This document shows, piece after piece, positions 44,679 through 55,992 of a stretch of DNA of 64,000 nucleotides. How positions within the stretch are numbered: position 1 is the first letter of the stretch; each line of letters opens with the position of its first letter. The position numbers and the translations under genes are program-made. The notes under the pieces were generated by a model. It worked only from the letters and a program-made list of their open reading frames with translations, was not told the origin of the DNA and searched no databases. The DNA lies in NCBI GenBank assembly GCA_025603075.1, contig MU626326.1, positions 1-64,000 of the forward strand, in the 5' to 3' direction. The DNA comes from Neoconidiobolus thromboides FSU 785 (taxonomy: Eukaryota > Fungi > Entomophthoromycota).

Positions 44679-45902
44679 AGTTGGATATATTGTTTTGACT
44701 TGAAGTTTGATTTTTAATATTAATGTTGATATTTTCTTTGCTATTTATATACCAGTTTTTGCTATACAATAATTAAAAATAAGCCACAGATTTTCGTACA
44801 TTATCAGCATAATTAAAAATAATTATACTCAACTCAATTATAAGCCTAATAATTTAAATATATTTAAAGCTATAACAACTTGAAAGTTGTGTGTAGTTAA
44901 AGAAAACGATAATTTTAAATGGCATTAGATATAGTAAGGGCTCTTTAATATGATTATAGATAGTAAAATAGCACAGTTTTAAATCGTCTATCTATCAAAG
45001 CCTGATATTTAAGCATGTGTGAGGTTAAAAGAAAGTTAAAACTCAAATATTTTTCCTATTTGGTTTAGATTTAAACTTATAAAATTATTAAGGCCAAAGA
45101 AAAACATAAGAAAAAACAATTGGTGATTGTAGCTATTTTAAAATCCTTGAGGAGTTTGGGGGATATGTCTTTATTTCATTTCATTATTATTTTAATTAAT
45201 TTAAAATTTAAAAAATCTTACCATTCCTTTGCAGAAAACAATGCTTTTATTTTAGTGTTTATGCTAATTTACTTTTTTTGGAATAATTTAAAATCGGTAA
45301 AGTTAAGCCTTGTATTTAAATTAACCTACAAGCAAACCGCTTGAGCTCAATTAAGCCCAGAGCAAGTACTCCAAAACAATAGGGTTTTGATTAAACAAGA
45401 ATATCTTTTTATACTTGCACATTATATTAAATATTAAAGTTTCTGAATGCTATAAGTGATTTTCCATAAAAATAATTACTTTTAGAACTATCAGAGCAAA
45501 TCCACAACTAAAACTTTGTATGATACCTCATGACTGCACTGTTATATACATTACAAATGCCATTGCCTCTATTTTAATAAACACTAATGGTACCAGATGA
45601 GCAATAAAAACCATAGTGATCTATTATTTCAACCTAAGATATCATTGTAAAAATTTTCATATTTCCATATTAAATTTGTGATTATTTAACAAGTTTGAAT
45701 TGCTGTAGAGGTCATACCTTGATATTTTTAAACCTAGTAATTTTAAAAATATTAACTTTAGTATCTAATTAAAGTAATAATATAGTAGTAGTAAGTTTTG
45801 AATGCTAGTATTACATTATAACATATAATACAGCTATATATAAAATAAAATAAAAAAGTAGTTGTTTAAATTTTCTGATGTTTTATTAATAATTTGGTTA
45901 TT

Positions 45903-46058
45903 TTAATAGGTAGGGCATGGTAAAGTGGTATTAACGACAGTATAAATGGTCGTGGTACTAGTTACATAGAAAGTAACATCCTTGCATCTTTTAGTATAGT
46001 CGTAGCCTTGAACAACGATAGAAGTAGCAATGACGGTAATAAAGTAAATGAATTTCAT
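45903..46058 (-). CDS. 51-aa secreted peptide precursor 2: MKFIYFITVIATSIVVQGYDYTKRCKDVTFYVTSTTTIYTVVNTTLPCPTY
   Basis: Frame, KR, both Cys and the stop are conserved versus copy 1; TATAAATA at 46121-46128. Confidence 0.8.
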   Translation of the reverse strand: MKFIYFITVIATSIVVQGYDYTKRCKDVTFYVTSTTTIYTVVNTTLPCPTY

Positions 46059-46522
46059 AGTCAAATGTATTATTGTGATCTAAATTTGGTTCCTTTTATG
46101 TTTTATTAATATTTTATTCTTATTTATACATCACTTTTTCTATAAGATTGCTTTTAGTTCCTAATTTTTATTGTCCAAATACTAATATAACAAACTTATT
46201 TTCTGCTTAAATTTAGCTAATCTATTTTGCACACTATTAGCATAATTAATTGAATTGGCAACTTATTTCAAGCCTAAAAAACGACTTTAATTATGTAAAA
46301 ATAAAGATAAACAATAGCATTAAGTGGGTTAATGAATACAAAGCTCGCCAACCTGAGTTTATATATTAATCTAAAGTATCTCTTTATAAAAAATCCTCTC
46401 GTACCATAGTAATTTAATCTACACATCCACTAAAGGGAGTTAAGCCCAGTTTGGTAGCTGTAAACGACTGCTAAAAAGCTAGAGTATATAAGTTCGTAAA
46501 TATACTAATATATCATTGAAAA

Positions 46523-47062
46523 ATGAAATACATCTCTCTCTTAGTATTTATCTACTTATCAAAAGGTATTGAATCTGCTGGCTATGCATATGGTTGTCGT
46601 ACAAAAACTACTACTTCCACATCTATCATAGCAAGCACTTCAACTAGAACTTTGACCATAAAGCCTACAAACTGTCCTGTTCCATGTACTAAAAACACTA
46701 TTACTTCTACTTTAACAGAAACATATGTTGGTACCGAAACCAAGACTGAAACTGTAAAACCAACTGATTGTCCTGCTCTCTGCACTACACAAACTGTTAT
46801 TTCCACCTTGATCGAAACTTCCACTGACACCAAGACTGAAACCGTAAAACCAACTGATTGTCCTATCCCATGCACTACACAAACTATTACTTCCACCTTA
46901 ACTGAAACTACTACTGGAACTAAAACCGAAACCGTAAAACCAACTGATTGTCCTATCCCATGTACTACACAAACTATTACTTCTACATTGACAGAAACTA
47001 GTACAGCCACTCAAACAAAAACAGTTAAAAAAGTATATTGTTCTAGAAGAAGATACTACTAA
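46523..47062 (+). CDS. Secreted Thr-rich protein with four ~30-aa TVKPTDCPxPCTTQT repeats, 179 aa
   Basis: Signal-peptide-like N-terminus, ~90-nt tandem repeats at ~46650-47030, TATATAAG at ~46485; no hydrophobic GPI tail. Confidence 0.9.
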   Translation: MKYISLLVFIYLSKGIESAGYAYGCRTKTTTSTSIIASTSTRTLTIKPTNCPVPCTKNTITSTLTETYVGTETKTETVKPTDCPALCTTQTVISTLIETSTDTKTETVKPTDCPIPCTTQTITSTLTETTTGTKTETVKPTDCPIPCTTQTITSTLTETSTATQTKTVKKVYCSRRRYY

Positions 47063-47539
47063 ATAAATTATTGAATTCTCTATTTTGTATGTTTTAATTA
47101 TTATAAAGATTTATCAAATTTTAATATTCCATTAGCTTTTATAAATTCAATGACTGAGATAATTTACATAATGCTTAATATCTAAATATCAAATATATTA
47201 GTCATTTTTAAGAACATGATAAATGGCTACTTATAAACCATGTATTTGTTTCCCAAATGACTTAGGTTTAGATAAAACAGCTCCTTATTTATATGCTGAA
47301 TAGTATATTGTATGACATAATAATTATTGCTCAGCTATCAAAAGATTCTTCTCTAGCTCTAACGGTGTGAAAGTCACTCCTCAATCACTTTTTCTTACCA
47401 TTTCATACTCTTTAAATCGAATAAATACTATCTACTCCTTTGAGCCCAAGCTTTTCAAAAAAAAATAACTACATTGTCTAAAAAACAAAATAAGTCAATT
47501 GATTAAATTTTTCTGGTGCCTTATTAAAGATTTGATTAT

Positions 47540-47701
47540 TATAATAACCAAGGCAAGGTAAAATGGTAGTAGCGGTAGTATAAGCGGTAGTGTTACAGTT
47601 GCGTAGGAAGTAACATCCTTGCATCTTTTAGTATAATCGTAGCCATAATCTTGAGCAGCAATAGAAGTAGCAACGACAGTGATAAAGTAAATGAATTTCA
47701 T
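47540..47701 (-). pseudogene. Peptide precursor 3 with a 1-nt deletion frameshift
   Basis: MKFIYFITVVATSIAAQDYGYDYTKRCKDVTSYAT, then ACT-GT where copy 1 has ACT-AGT; TATA box reads TACAAATA (47765-47772); 3' end approximate. Confidence 0.75.
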
Positions 47702-48341
47702 AGTTGGATATATTGTTTTGACTTGAAGTTTGATTTTTAATATTAATGTTGATATTTTCCTCACTATTTGTAAACCATTTTTTCTATGTATTTGTAACCT
47801 CAACTCATTATTAAGAGCTAGAATTAGTATAATCAATAACCTTTAATCTTTTTGATTTAAATTACAGTTGAAACTTTGTTGTGACTTTTTTTAGCAATGG
47901 TTCTTACGTTTTTTATTTATATAGCCAATTTTTTTAAGACCTAGTCTATATATCAAGTAAATTTTATTACAAAGTTATTTTTTAAGTGAGCAGTTGATTA
48001 GGTCGGATAAGAGTTGCAGCAGCTGTAAGGTATCTATTTTTATACAATCCTGGCATTCAGTTTTTAAAAACTATTTGGACTTTTTTAAACAAGTGATTGC
48101 CAGTATTATTAATTGCGGCTATCAACATAAACATAAGTTTATAAAAAACTAAATGATATAGTTGAAAATCAAATATGTTTTTATGTTATTATTGCTTTTA
48201 TTAAAAAACTTTAAATTTATTACACATATATAGTTGTTATATAAAACTATTGCTTTAAAGTTTGTCATAATAAACACATTGATTAAAAACTCAGCTATAA
48301 CACTTATTAGTTACCTTGTTTTATATATTACAAACAGCATT

Positions 48342-48440
48342 GGGGACGTATTTTTGTGTCTAAGAATTTTACTACCAATTTTTCAGCTTAAATAGCGCTT
48401 AGAAAATGGAAAAAATAATGAAGTCAAAAAAAACACTCCC
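48342..48440 (+). mobile_element. ~99-bp MITE
   Basis: Family consensus. Confidence 0.88.
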
Positions 48441-48479
48441 ATTATATTTTTAAAATAAATTAATACTTTTAGTCAAATA

Positions 48480-48890
48480 TGTGAAATGTCGCTTTGTCAG
48501 CTCCATGATTGATTATAACATAAAAACCACCTAAGTTGTTATGTTCTCGAGTTCGGAGGCAATTAATCCTATGCTCTTAGTTTGATTTGCTATGAGAATT
48601 TCTAGCTTCATCCCAAATAATATTAACATCTTATTTTGATATTTGCACTTATCAGAATATAAAAGAAGCTTTAGGACATAGTAGCTCAAGGCCTTTTAAC
48701 TGGATTATTCCCTGATATCTCGTACATTTAATAAAGCCACTGAATTTTCTTAGTAGTATTTTACGTAGATTTTACAGTAGTATTGTCTATTCTGTTTGTC
48801 TTACATGGATTATGAATGATAGCAAGTAATATGCTATAAACCAAGTCTATCTTAGCCACACAAACTAAGACCTTTCGACTTACAGCATAT
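48480..48890 (+). mobile_element. Diverged solo LTR, 3'-truncated by the Sola-like insertion
   Basis: TGTGAAATGTCGC start; colinear to ...TTACAGCATAT, then the transposon TIR. Confidence 0.8.
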
Positions 48891-50660
48891 GGGGTTGTCT
48901 GAATTAGTTTCATTATTTTATCCAATTTTTGAAAAATTTTGTATTTTAAAAACTTCGCTTAAAATTCTATAAAATCAAATCTTTATTAAAATAAAAGTAC
49001 CCGGACACAGTTCTAAATCATTCTATTACAGTTTATACTGTAAGTTAGCTGAATTTCTACTAGATCTTAAATACATATTCTTATAAAGCTTAATTGAGAA
49101 ATATTTATTATCAACTGCTTTATAACCAAGATTGTAGATTTGCTATTAAATAAATAAACTATTTTAATGTTATAATTACATTATTAATATATTGCCAAGT
49201 TAATAAATAGCTGTATGAGAGGGACCGGTTAGCCCCAAAACTATAATTAACCATCCCTATATAGTACAAGTAAAGTAGTTTTTACATATTATTACAACTA
49301 CTTGTTCCTTGAGTATTTATTAACTTAGCTATTAATAGCTTAAGTAATCTTGACATTTAACAATCCATTTCTATCATTCAATAAACTACTTACTTGCTTA
49401 GTAAATATCAAAATTTTTAAATTCTCTGTTATCTTCGTAAGGTAAGCTGGGATTGATCTTTTAATTTCTCTATTTTCTATAGACTCTATAACTTTAATTG
49501 GAACTATATCGCTTTTTTTTGATGTATCGGATACTGGATAACAATGTAGTTTATTGTTATGTTTAATAAAGTGTAAATACTTCTTAATGCCTTGCATGTC
49601 TACTATTATTTTTGTATTTTCGTTTCTTTTATACTTTTTAAAAATTATATCTGTTTTCCCATTATTAATAGTCGAGTTATTAATTTTATTATGCTCGCAA
49701 ATAAAAGCCTCAAATCTTGAGATTAATTGATTGATATCTTCTATTTTACCTAACGCTTCAAAACTACTTTTCCATTTTGAAAGGTTTCCAAAATGCCCAT
49801 CAACTATACTTTTTCCATGATGCTCAGCAAAAAAATTAAGATTAACATTCAAACTACTATTTATTTTATGAATTTCTTTAAACATATGGGGATGTTTTTT
49901 TTGGCTTCATTACTCTTTCCATTTTTTAAGCACTATTTGAGTGGAAAAGCTGTTAATAAAATTCTTAAACACAAAAATATATCCCCAATATAATGTAGGA
50001 ACTTCTGGGATCTAAAATGATTTCCTGTATCTGCTCATATATTAGTTTTTGTAAACTTTTTAAATGAAAGTTCTGTAGAGATTAAATCGATTAAACAATC
50101 TCCTGCATATGCTGAATCATAATTCAATACTTCAGACAAATAATCAAAGTAAACTTTGCCTATTGTTTTATCATCTTTTAAATATAATACACCAAAACCT
50201 AATACTGATATAGCTTGTTTATTATAATAATCTAAAGTTATTGAATCTGATCTTGTTCCTATTTCCATATTTTGTTTAAAATCTAAAACTATTATACAAC
50301 TTTTGTTATTTAATTTTTTAATAGTTTCATTAAATGTGTTTTTTTGAGTATCAACACAGAATTTATGTAATTTGTATAATTTTTCTTCTTCATTAAGAAT
50401 TTATTCTATCTCTGCTTTGTTTTTTATTGCTGTGTTTATTTTATTTTATTTTCAAATAACTTTTTTCTAATTGTATACTGGGCACATATATTACATAGAT
50501 CCGTTTTTGCTGGATTTTGAAATTACTTGGTATATATTTAAAAAATGTTGACCTAGCTACTGCTTTATCTTTTAGATCATTCAAATGTTTACTATATATC
50601 ATTCTTCTACTTTTATTTAATATATATATTATCTGATGAATATTTACTATCATTATTTTT
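48891..50660 (-). mobile_element. Degenerate Sola-like transposon, copy 2; 3' TIR at 48891-48912, 5' part lost
   Basis: ATAT-GGGGTTGTCTGAATTAGTTTCA terminus; transposase pieces 49340-49885, 50035-50268 and 50441-50653. Confidence 0.75.
49888..49986 (-). mobile_element. ~99-bp MITE inside transposase copy 2
   Basis: The empty site (AAACATATAATG) is visible at 461-472 in copy 1. Confidence 0.9.
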
Positions 50661-50669
50661 TATTATAGT

Positions 50670-50800
50670 TACTAAGTATGGATATTAGAAAAAAGAGATG
50701 ATGTTTTTTATAACTAGATGGAAGGAATTCTCATAGTAAATCAAAATAAAAAGCCTTCAATTAGTTATATAAATCATGACTAAAATAGTCATAAAGTTGG
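50670..50800 (-). mobile_element. Decayed fragment of the 464-bp LTR family
   Basis: GAATTCTCATAGTAAATCAAAATAA resembles 1975-2000; boundaries approximate. Confidence 0.45.
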
Positions 50801-50835
50801 AACTAGTTTTATAGATAAGTTAGATGATACTATAT

Positions 50836-50933
50836 GGGGATGTATTTCTGTGTTTAAGAACTCTACTAACAAATTTTCCGCTTAAATAGCGCTTAAAAAA
50901 GGAAAAAGTAATGAAGTTAAAAAAAACACTCCC
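50836..50933 (+). mobile_element. ~99-bp MITE
   Basis: ATAT/ATAT TSD. Confidence 0.9.
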
Positions 50934-51975
50934 ATATTATAAATAATTATAAAGCTGATAAAGGAATATTTTATATGATATTATTTTAGAATTTTAAAAA
51001 TTTATTTTGAAATTTATTTAAAAAGCTTGCATTTCGTATTTGTTTTAATAAAAAATAACTATATATACATTATATGTTAAACATTTAATAAAAATAATAT
51101 AAAATACATAATTAGAAAAATTAACTACTTAAAAAAAATAAAACAATTAAAATAAAATTCTACTTTCAAGCTTTCTAAATTTAATTAGTTTAAGTATCTT
51201 TATATATTAATTAAAGAAGTTTTTCAATAATATGCTATTATTTAATCATATAATCTTTTAAAATGTATATATATCAACACATACTTTAAATTATTTTTAT
51301 TTTTTAATAATTATTTTTTAAAAAGTAGTTAAATTTTAAGTCTCAAAGCTGTAAAATTTGATTTTTACTAAACTGCTTAAAAACTGATATAAAGTATAAA
51401 CATACTAACTGATAGCTCTATCATATTTAGAAGTAAAGCTAACTCTAACCTTAACCTTAATCTCTTCAACTTCTATTTTTACCTTGATTTTAACTTTAAC
51501 AAATTTATTCTTAAAAAACTTTACAAACTTTTTTTCTTAAACTAAATTTTAAACCTCAAAAGTTTACTTAGTTTGATCCCTATGCTTTTATAATTAAAAT
51601 AATTTGTATCAAAATGACAGGTTTTTTATATTATGTTAAGAGAATTTAATTCTAAAAAGTAATAGTTTTAGCTAAAACAGTTAATTTCAATTCTTAAGCT
51701 TTTTAATAAAAGCTAAGTTTCACCTAAAGTAATTTTCTATGACATAAATTAACTTATCTATATTTTTTTGATTGCAATTCTTAAAAACAGTAACAACGTT
51801 GCAAAAAATAACCTTTGGGATTGCAACCTACGTCTTTACGAATTTTTTTTTGCAAAATTCTTAACTTTTTGAGACAGAGATACACAGGAAAACCTAATAA
51901 ACCACTTAGTCGTAATCAGAAGTATAAATCAATATAAAGTTGCACTTCATCTCATTATAGAATAAGTTGATCAAA

Positions 51976-54201
51976 ATGTCCAATAACAAAAACATTATGC
52001 GCACCTCAGATGGTTTAGATGAAACGGATGACAAGCTAGATGACTTTGATATCTTATTTGCTGAAACTGAACAAATAATGTTTGATGAACCAATCGAAAG
52101 GATAAAAGAAGAGATGCCAAAAGCTGTTACAACTGACGATATGAGTGATTTGGAACTCCCTAATTTAAAAGAACAACTTGCTTGTTGGGATCAATATGAC
52201 CAAGCAACTGATGGATACGCGGAATTTAAATCTCCTTACTTTGAATCTGAAGAAAATGACACTCAAGGCTTCGATCCTGATTTTTTAAAACTTAAATTGA
52301 GTATAGAAACATTCATCCAAGAGGAAGATTATGTAAGCTCATTGTATATAGCTAATCTTATGAACGATCTTTATCCCGAACGTGATTTACCAAAATATTT
52401 AGTTGCCAAATCTCTTTATCATTTGGGGAATTACCATGCGGCGCATAGGTTATTAAAAGAAATTCCCCAAGATCAAATGGATATAATTACTAGCATCTTA
52501 TTTGCTAAGATCTGTTTGAAATTAAACAACTTTGTTGATGCAGAACAAATATTATCAAAATATAAGGATTTAAATAATTATCAAGTACAGTTAATTCTTG
52601 GTAAAGTGTATAACCTTTTAAATAGAAAAGATCAAGCAGAATTACACTTTGATCGCGCTTGGAAACTTAATGCTTTTTCATATTCTGCTTACAACTCCTT
52701 ATGCTCTGTTATAAGCCTAAATCAAGATGTCTATAAGTTTATAAATAGGATAAGAAAAACATTTAATTCCTCAATTAAATCTTCTGCCCTTAATGGGAAC
52801 CAAAATGGAACAATTTCACTAAACAACACTCCAGTAAAAGTAAAAAGACACCATATAGAGCTTCCTTTAAATGGTGCTTTATCTGAGAGTGGATCTCCAC
52901 TACCTTTGATACATGATCTTGGTATTTCTCTTGACCATAAAGTGAAATTTTCATCCAAGCCCTATCATATTCAAAGATTTCAGAATTTTATTTCTTGGCC
53001 TAATGAAAACGAAATAGATAATGAAATTTTGGGTACATTTTCTATTTCTGAACTTAACACTGAAACTGTATCTTCAAAAAGACTTCGTGATGATCATGAA
53101 GGAGATGATCCTAATAAAAGAGCAGAAAATGAATCAAGTCAACAAAAATCGATCATTGACGCTATTTTCTGTGACATGTTTATTATCAAAGCATCTTTAA
53201 CTTTCTGTGAATCAAAATTGGGCGAGGCACATTTAGCTTTACTTCCAGAGAACGTTAGAAAGGGCCAATGGGCTCTTGGGATGCATGCTCAGGTTTTACT
53301 CAGGCAAGAGGAAACAACAAGTGCTAAAGATAAATTTACCAAAATGCTCAATTCATATCCACATTTAATAGAACATATGGAGCATTATATAGGATTTTTA
53401 CTTAAGAAAAAAGACTTCGGCGGGATTTCAGGTATTAATAGCATACTTGAAATAATGGCCCCGGATTCTATGGTTTCGCACCTTGCTCAGGCTGCTAAAT
53501 GTTTTGTGCAAGGTCATGATGAAACTGGGGTAGAATTTTTAGAAGAAACAAAAAGGTTATTTCCCGGGGAGTGGGCACCATACTACATTGGTGGATTACG
53601 ACATTTACAGTTAAAAAATTACCACGAAGCAAACGATAATTTTCAGCTTGCTTTAAAGTTTAACCCTCGTCATTTTGAATCTTATTTAGGGGTCTTATCT
53701 CTTTCCACTGTTTTAGGAAACTTCGATGAATACATAGACCTTATTAAAATGGGAATTAAATTATCTCATTCTCATTTATCGATTAATAAGTTAGCACTTC
53801 AAACTTTCTTTTCACTTGGAAAGTATGATGAAGTGAGAGATATTTTAAATCGATATACTGATAAAGATAAAGATATACCCGGGATTTCGTTTTATCGTGC
53901 TGTTATGTTAGCTTATGACAAGAAATTTACTCAAGCAAAGGCTATTTTAGAAGAGATACTCAAAACTTACCCTAATCATGCTAGCGCTCGTGTGATATTA
54001 GGTAGAATTTACTGCTATGAGAGAAAAGATGAGGAAGCTTATTTTATGTTTGCAATTGCACAAAATCTAGATCCAAGTCTGAAAGAATCAATTAAAGATT
54101 TTATGGTTTTTATTAACAATATGAAATTGAAGCCAGGAAGACTAGAAGAGGCAGCCTTTGAGATTAGTGACTTGGTGATTTCAAAGCCGTGTATTATTTA
54201 A
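51976..54201 (+). CDS. Divergent Cdc27/APC3-like TPR protein, intronless
   Basis: N-terminal TPR cluster, disordered linker, C-terminal TPR superhelix (ALKFNPRHFESYLG...FAIAQNLDPS); first ATG at 51976. Confidence 0.75.
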   Translation: MSNNKNIMRTSDGLDETDDKLDDFDILFAETEQIMFDEPIERIKEEMPKAVTTDDMSDLELPNLKEQLACWDQYDQATDGYAEFKSPYFESEENDTQGFDPDFLKLKLSIETFIQEEDYVSSLYIANLMNDLYPERDLPKYLVAKSLYHLGNYHAAHRLLKEIPQDQMDIITSILFAKICLKLNNFVDAEQILSKYKDLNNYQVQLILGKVYNLLNRKDQAELHFDRAWKLNAFSYSAYNSLCSVISLNQDVYKFINRIRKTFNSSIKSSALNGNQNGTISLNNTPVKVKRHHIELPLNGALSESGSPLPLIHDLGISLDHKVKFSSKPYHIQRFQNFISWPNENEIDNEILGTFSISELNTETVSSKRLRDDHEGDDPNKRAENESSQQKSIIDAIFCDMFIIKASLTFCESKLGEAHLALLPENVRKGQWALGMHAQVLLRQEETTSAKDKFTKMLNSYPHLIEHMEHYIGFLLKKKDFGGISGINSILEIMAPDSMVSHLAQAAKCFVQGHDETGVEFLEETKRLFPGEWAPYYIGGLRHLQLKNYHEANDNFQLALKFNPRHFESYLGVLSLSTVLGNFDEYIDLIKMGIKLSHSHLSINKLALQTFFSLGKYDEVRDILNRYTDKDKDIPGISFYRAVMLAYDKKFTQAKAILEEILKTYPNHASARVILGRIYCYERKDEEAYFMFAIAQNLDPSLKESIKDFMVFINNMKLKPGRLEEAAFEISDLVISKPCII

Positions 54202-54513
54202 TTGCATCTTATATCCTTAACCACTTTTGATTCTTGTTATACTTTTTACAACATTCGGCCATTATTTATACATTTTGATGATATTAAAATGAAATTACTT
54301 AAATATTGATATTTTCTTATATCGTATATTTTAAATTGTTTTTAAATATATTAAATAAATTGAATGATTGATTTGAATTAATAATACTAAAACTATCTCT
54401 TAAAGAGCAATTCAGCCAACTTTCACAAGATAAAAATGAGCTATAATTTAAAAAATTAGTTTATTTAGTATGTCAAAGATGACAAAGATCTATTTTTTTT
54501 AAAAATCAGAAAG

Positions 54514-55992
54514 TTAATTTTGGTCAATATTTAACTGTGCTATTTTTTCAAGCATATCTTTCTGAGAAGGATCTAAAGTTACAGTGTCATCGACTTTGTC
54601 CCCTTTCTTTCCCTCCTCCTTAGTAGCAGCATCTGTCGTCCCTTCTTCCTCAAATAAAGTATCTACAAACATAATAAGTGCATCGTTTTCTAAAATTGGT
54701 AGTAAATAATTTGGATCTTTAAAAAATTTGGCTGTTTTAGGTATTTCGGATCCTAGGCAGTTGGAATTTAGATAATGAGATTCAAGGTTATCTGGAGATT
54801 CATAATGACTTGAACACAAGAAACATTTGTTTTGCAATTTATGAAATCTTATACAATTAATTAATTGAACCATTTGATAAAAATCAAGACCTAAAATAAT
54901 AATTTAACGATAAACAAGCTATAAACTACAAGTGCAAACTTACTGAGATCTTTTTGAATTTTAACTAGATCAAACCGGAATCTCTTTTTCATATGATTAA
55001 GGCACCCAGTAGTTGTATCAAAACTTTGGTTATCGAAAAGAGAATGTGTTTGCTCCTTTTCAATTTCATCCCATTGCATCCAGGCTGAGTCTCCTTGGTC
55101 ATCTAATACATCGTCATTCTCCTCCTTTTCTAGCTGCTTCCAGTCTTTGCCAGGTTCCGCATAATTAACAATATAGTATGGATCATATCCATGATTTCTG
55201 CTATGAATTTTAAAGTGCTTCTTCTTCCTCATATGCTTTCTCAATACTATAGCACTCGTAAACGTTCTTTCGCAATAAATGCACACATTTCTTTTTAATT
55301 TGTCTTCTAAAATCGAAAGGAACTCTTCAACATATACTAAATTATCTGGCAATCCTATATTAAATCCATGCTCTTGGTACATGTGCTGAAAGAGGCTGGA
55401 GCGATTATCAAATATTAGAGAGCAAAAGAGACACTGTCTTGGTTCATTTGCTTCAGTTTTGCGTTCGTTTTCTTGTTCTTGTAACACTGAGTTTAATTTT
55501 TCTTGTTGTAATTTGGTACGAATTTTCCCATCCTTATGAAATCGATGGCTATCAATAATCTTATAAGTAAACCCCTCTATAAAATGTTAGAAAAATACTT
55601 ATAAACTAAAACAAAATACCTTGATTATCTTTAATTGGAGGGAGATGCTTATCATCATTTAAAATACTCTGGTTTTCTGCCCAGTACTGTAAGTATTCGT
55701 CTAAAAAGGTACGACAATAAATTAAATTCTTGAAAAAGTACCCATGCTCTTTTTTAACATGATTGCTAATCCCACTTATTTCATACACTTTTTTATTGCA
55801 GTTGTCAAATGGGCAGTTGATTTTGATTGGGTTTGGGGTAAACTTAATGTATTCCTCTTCACTCTCACTATCTTCATACTCACTTGTCTTTTCTTTATTT
55901 TCTACTTCTTCAGTCACAGCCTTGTCTACAACTTTGACAGCTGGTCCTTTCACAGTTTCCCATCCTCCCTCTTCTTTTTCCTTAACTAGCAT
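54514..55992 (-). CDS. ZNF277: C2H2 zinc-finger protein ZNF277-like, 3 exons
   Basis: HMYQEHGFNIGLPDNLVYVEEFL, CIYCERTF...LRKHMRKKKHFKI, DFYQMVQLINCIR, YLLPILENDALI. Confidence 0.85.

Noticed and set aside
46582-47010. 142-aa Val-rich minus-strand ORF
   Set aside because: Antisense of Thr (ACN) codons in the repeat protein.
588-50933. MITE as an introner (intron-generating element) or as CRISPR-like repeats
   Set aside because: The ends are GG...CC, not GT...AG; no copy lies in an intact host exon; copies are dispersed with TSDs, not regularly spaced.
1-50933. RIP-like mutation of repeats
   Set aside because: Transitions are visible among repeat copies, but the 1828-bp duplicate and long LTR tracts are unmutated, and dinucleotide bias cannot be quantified by eye.
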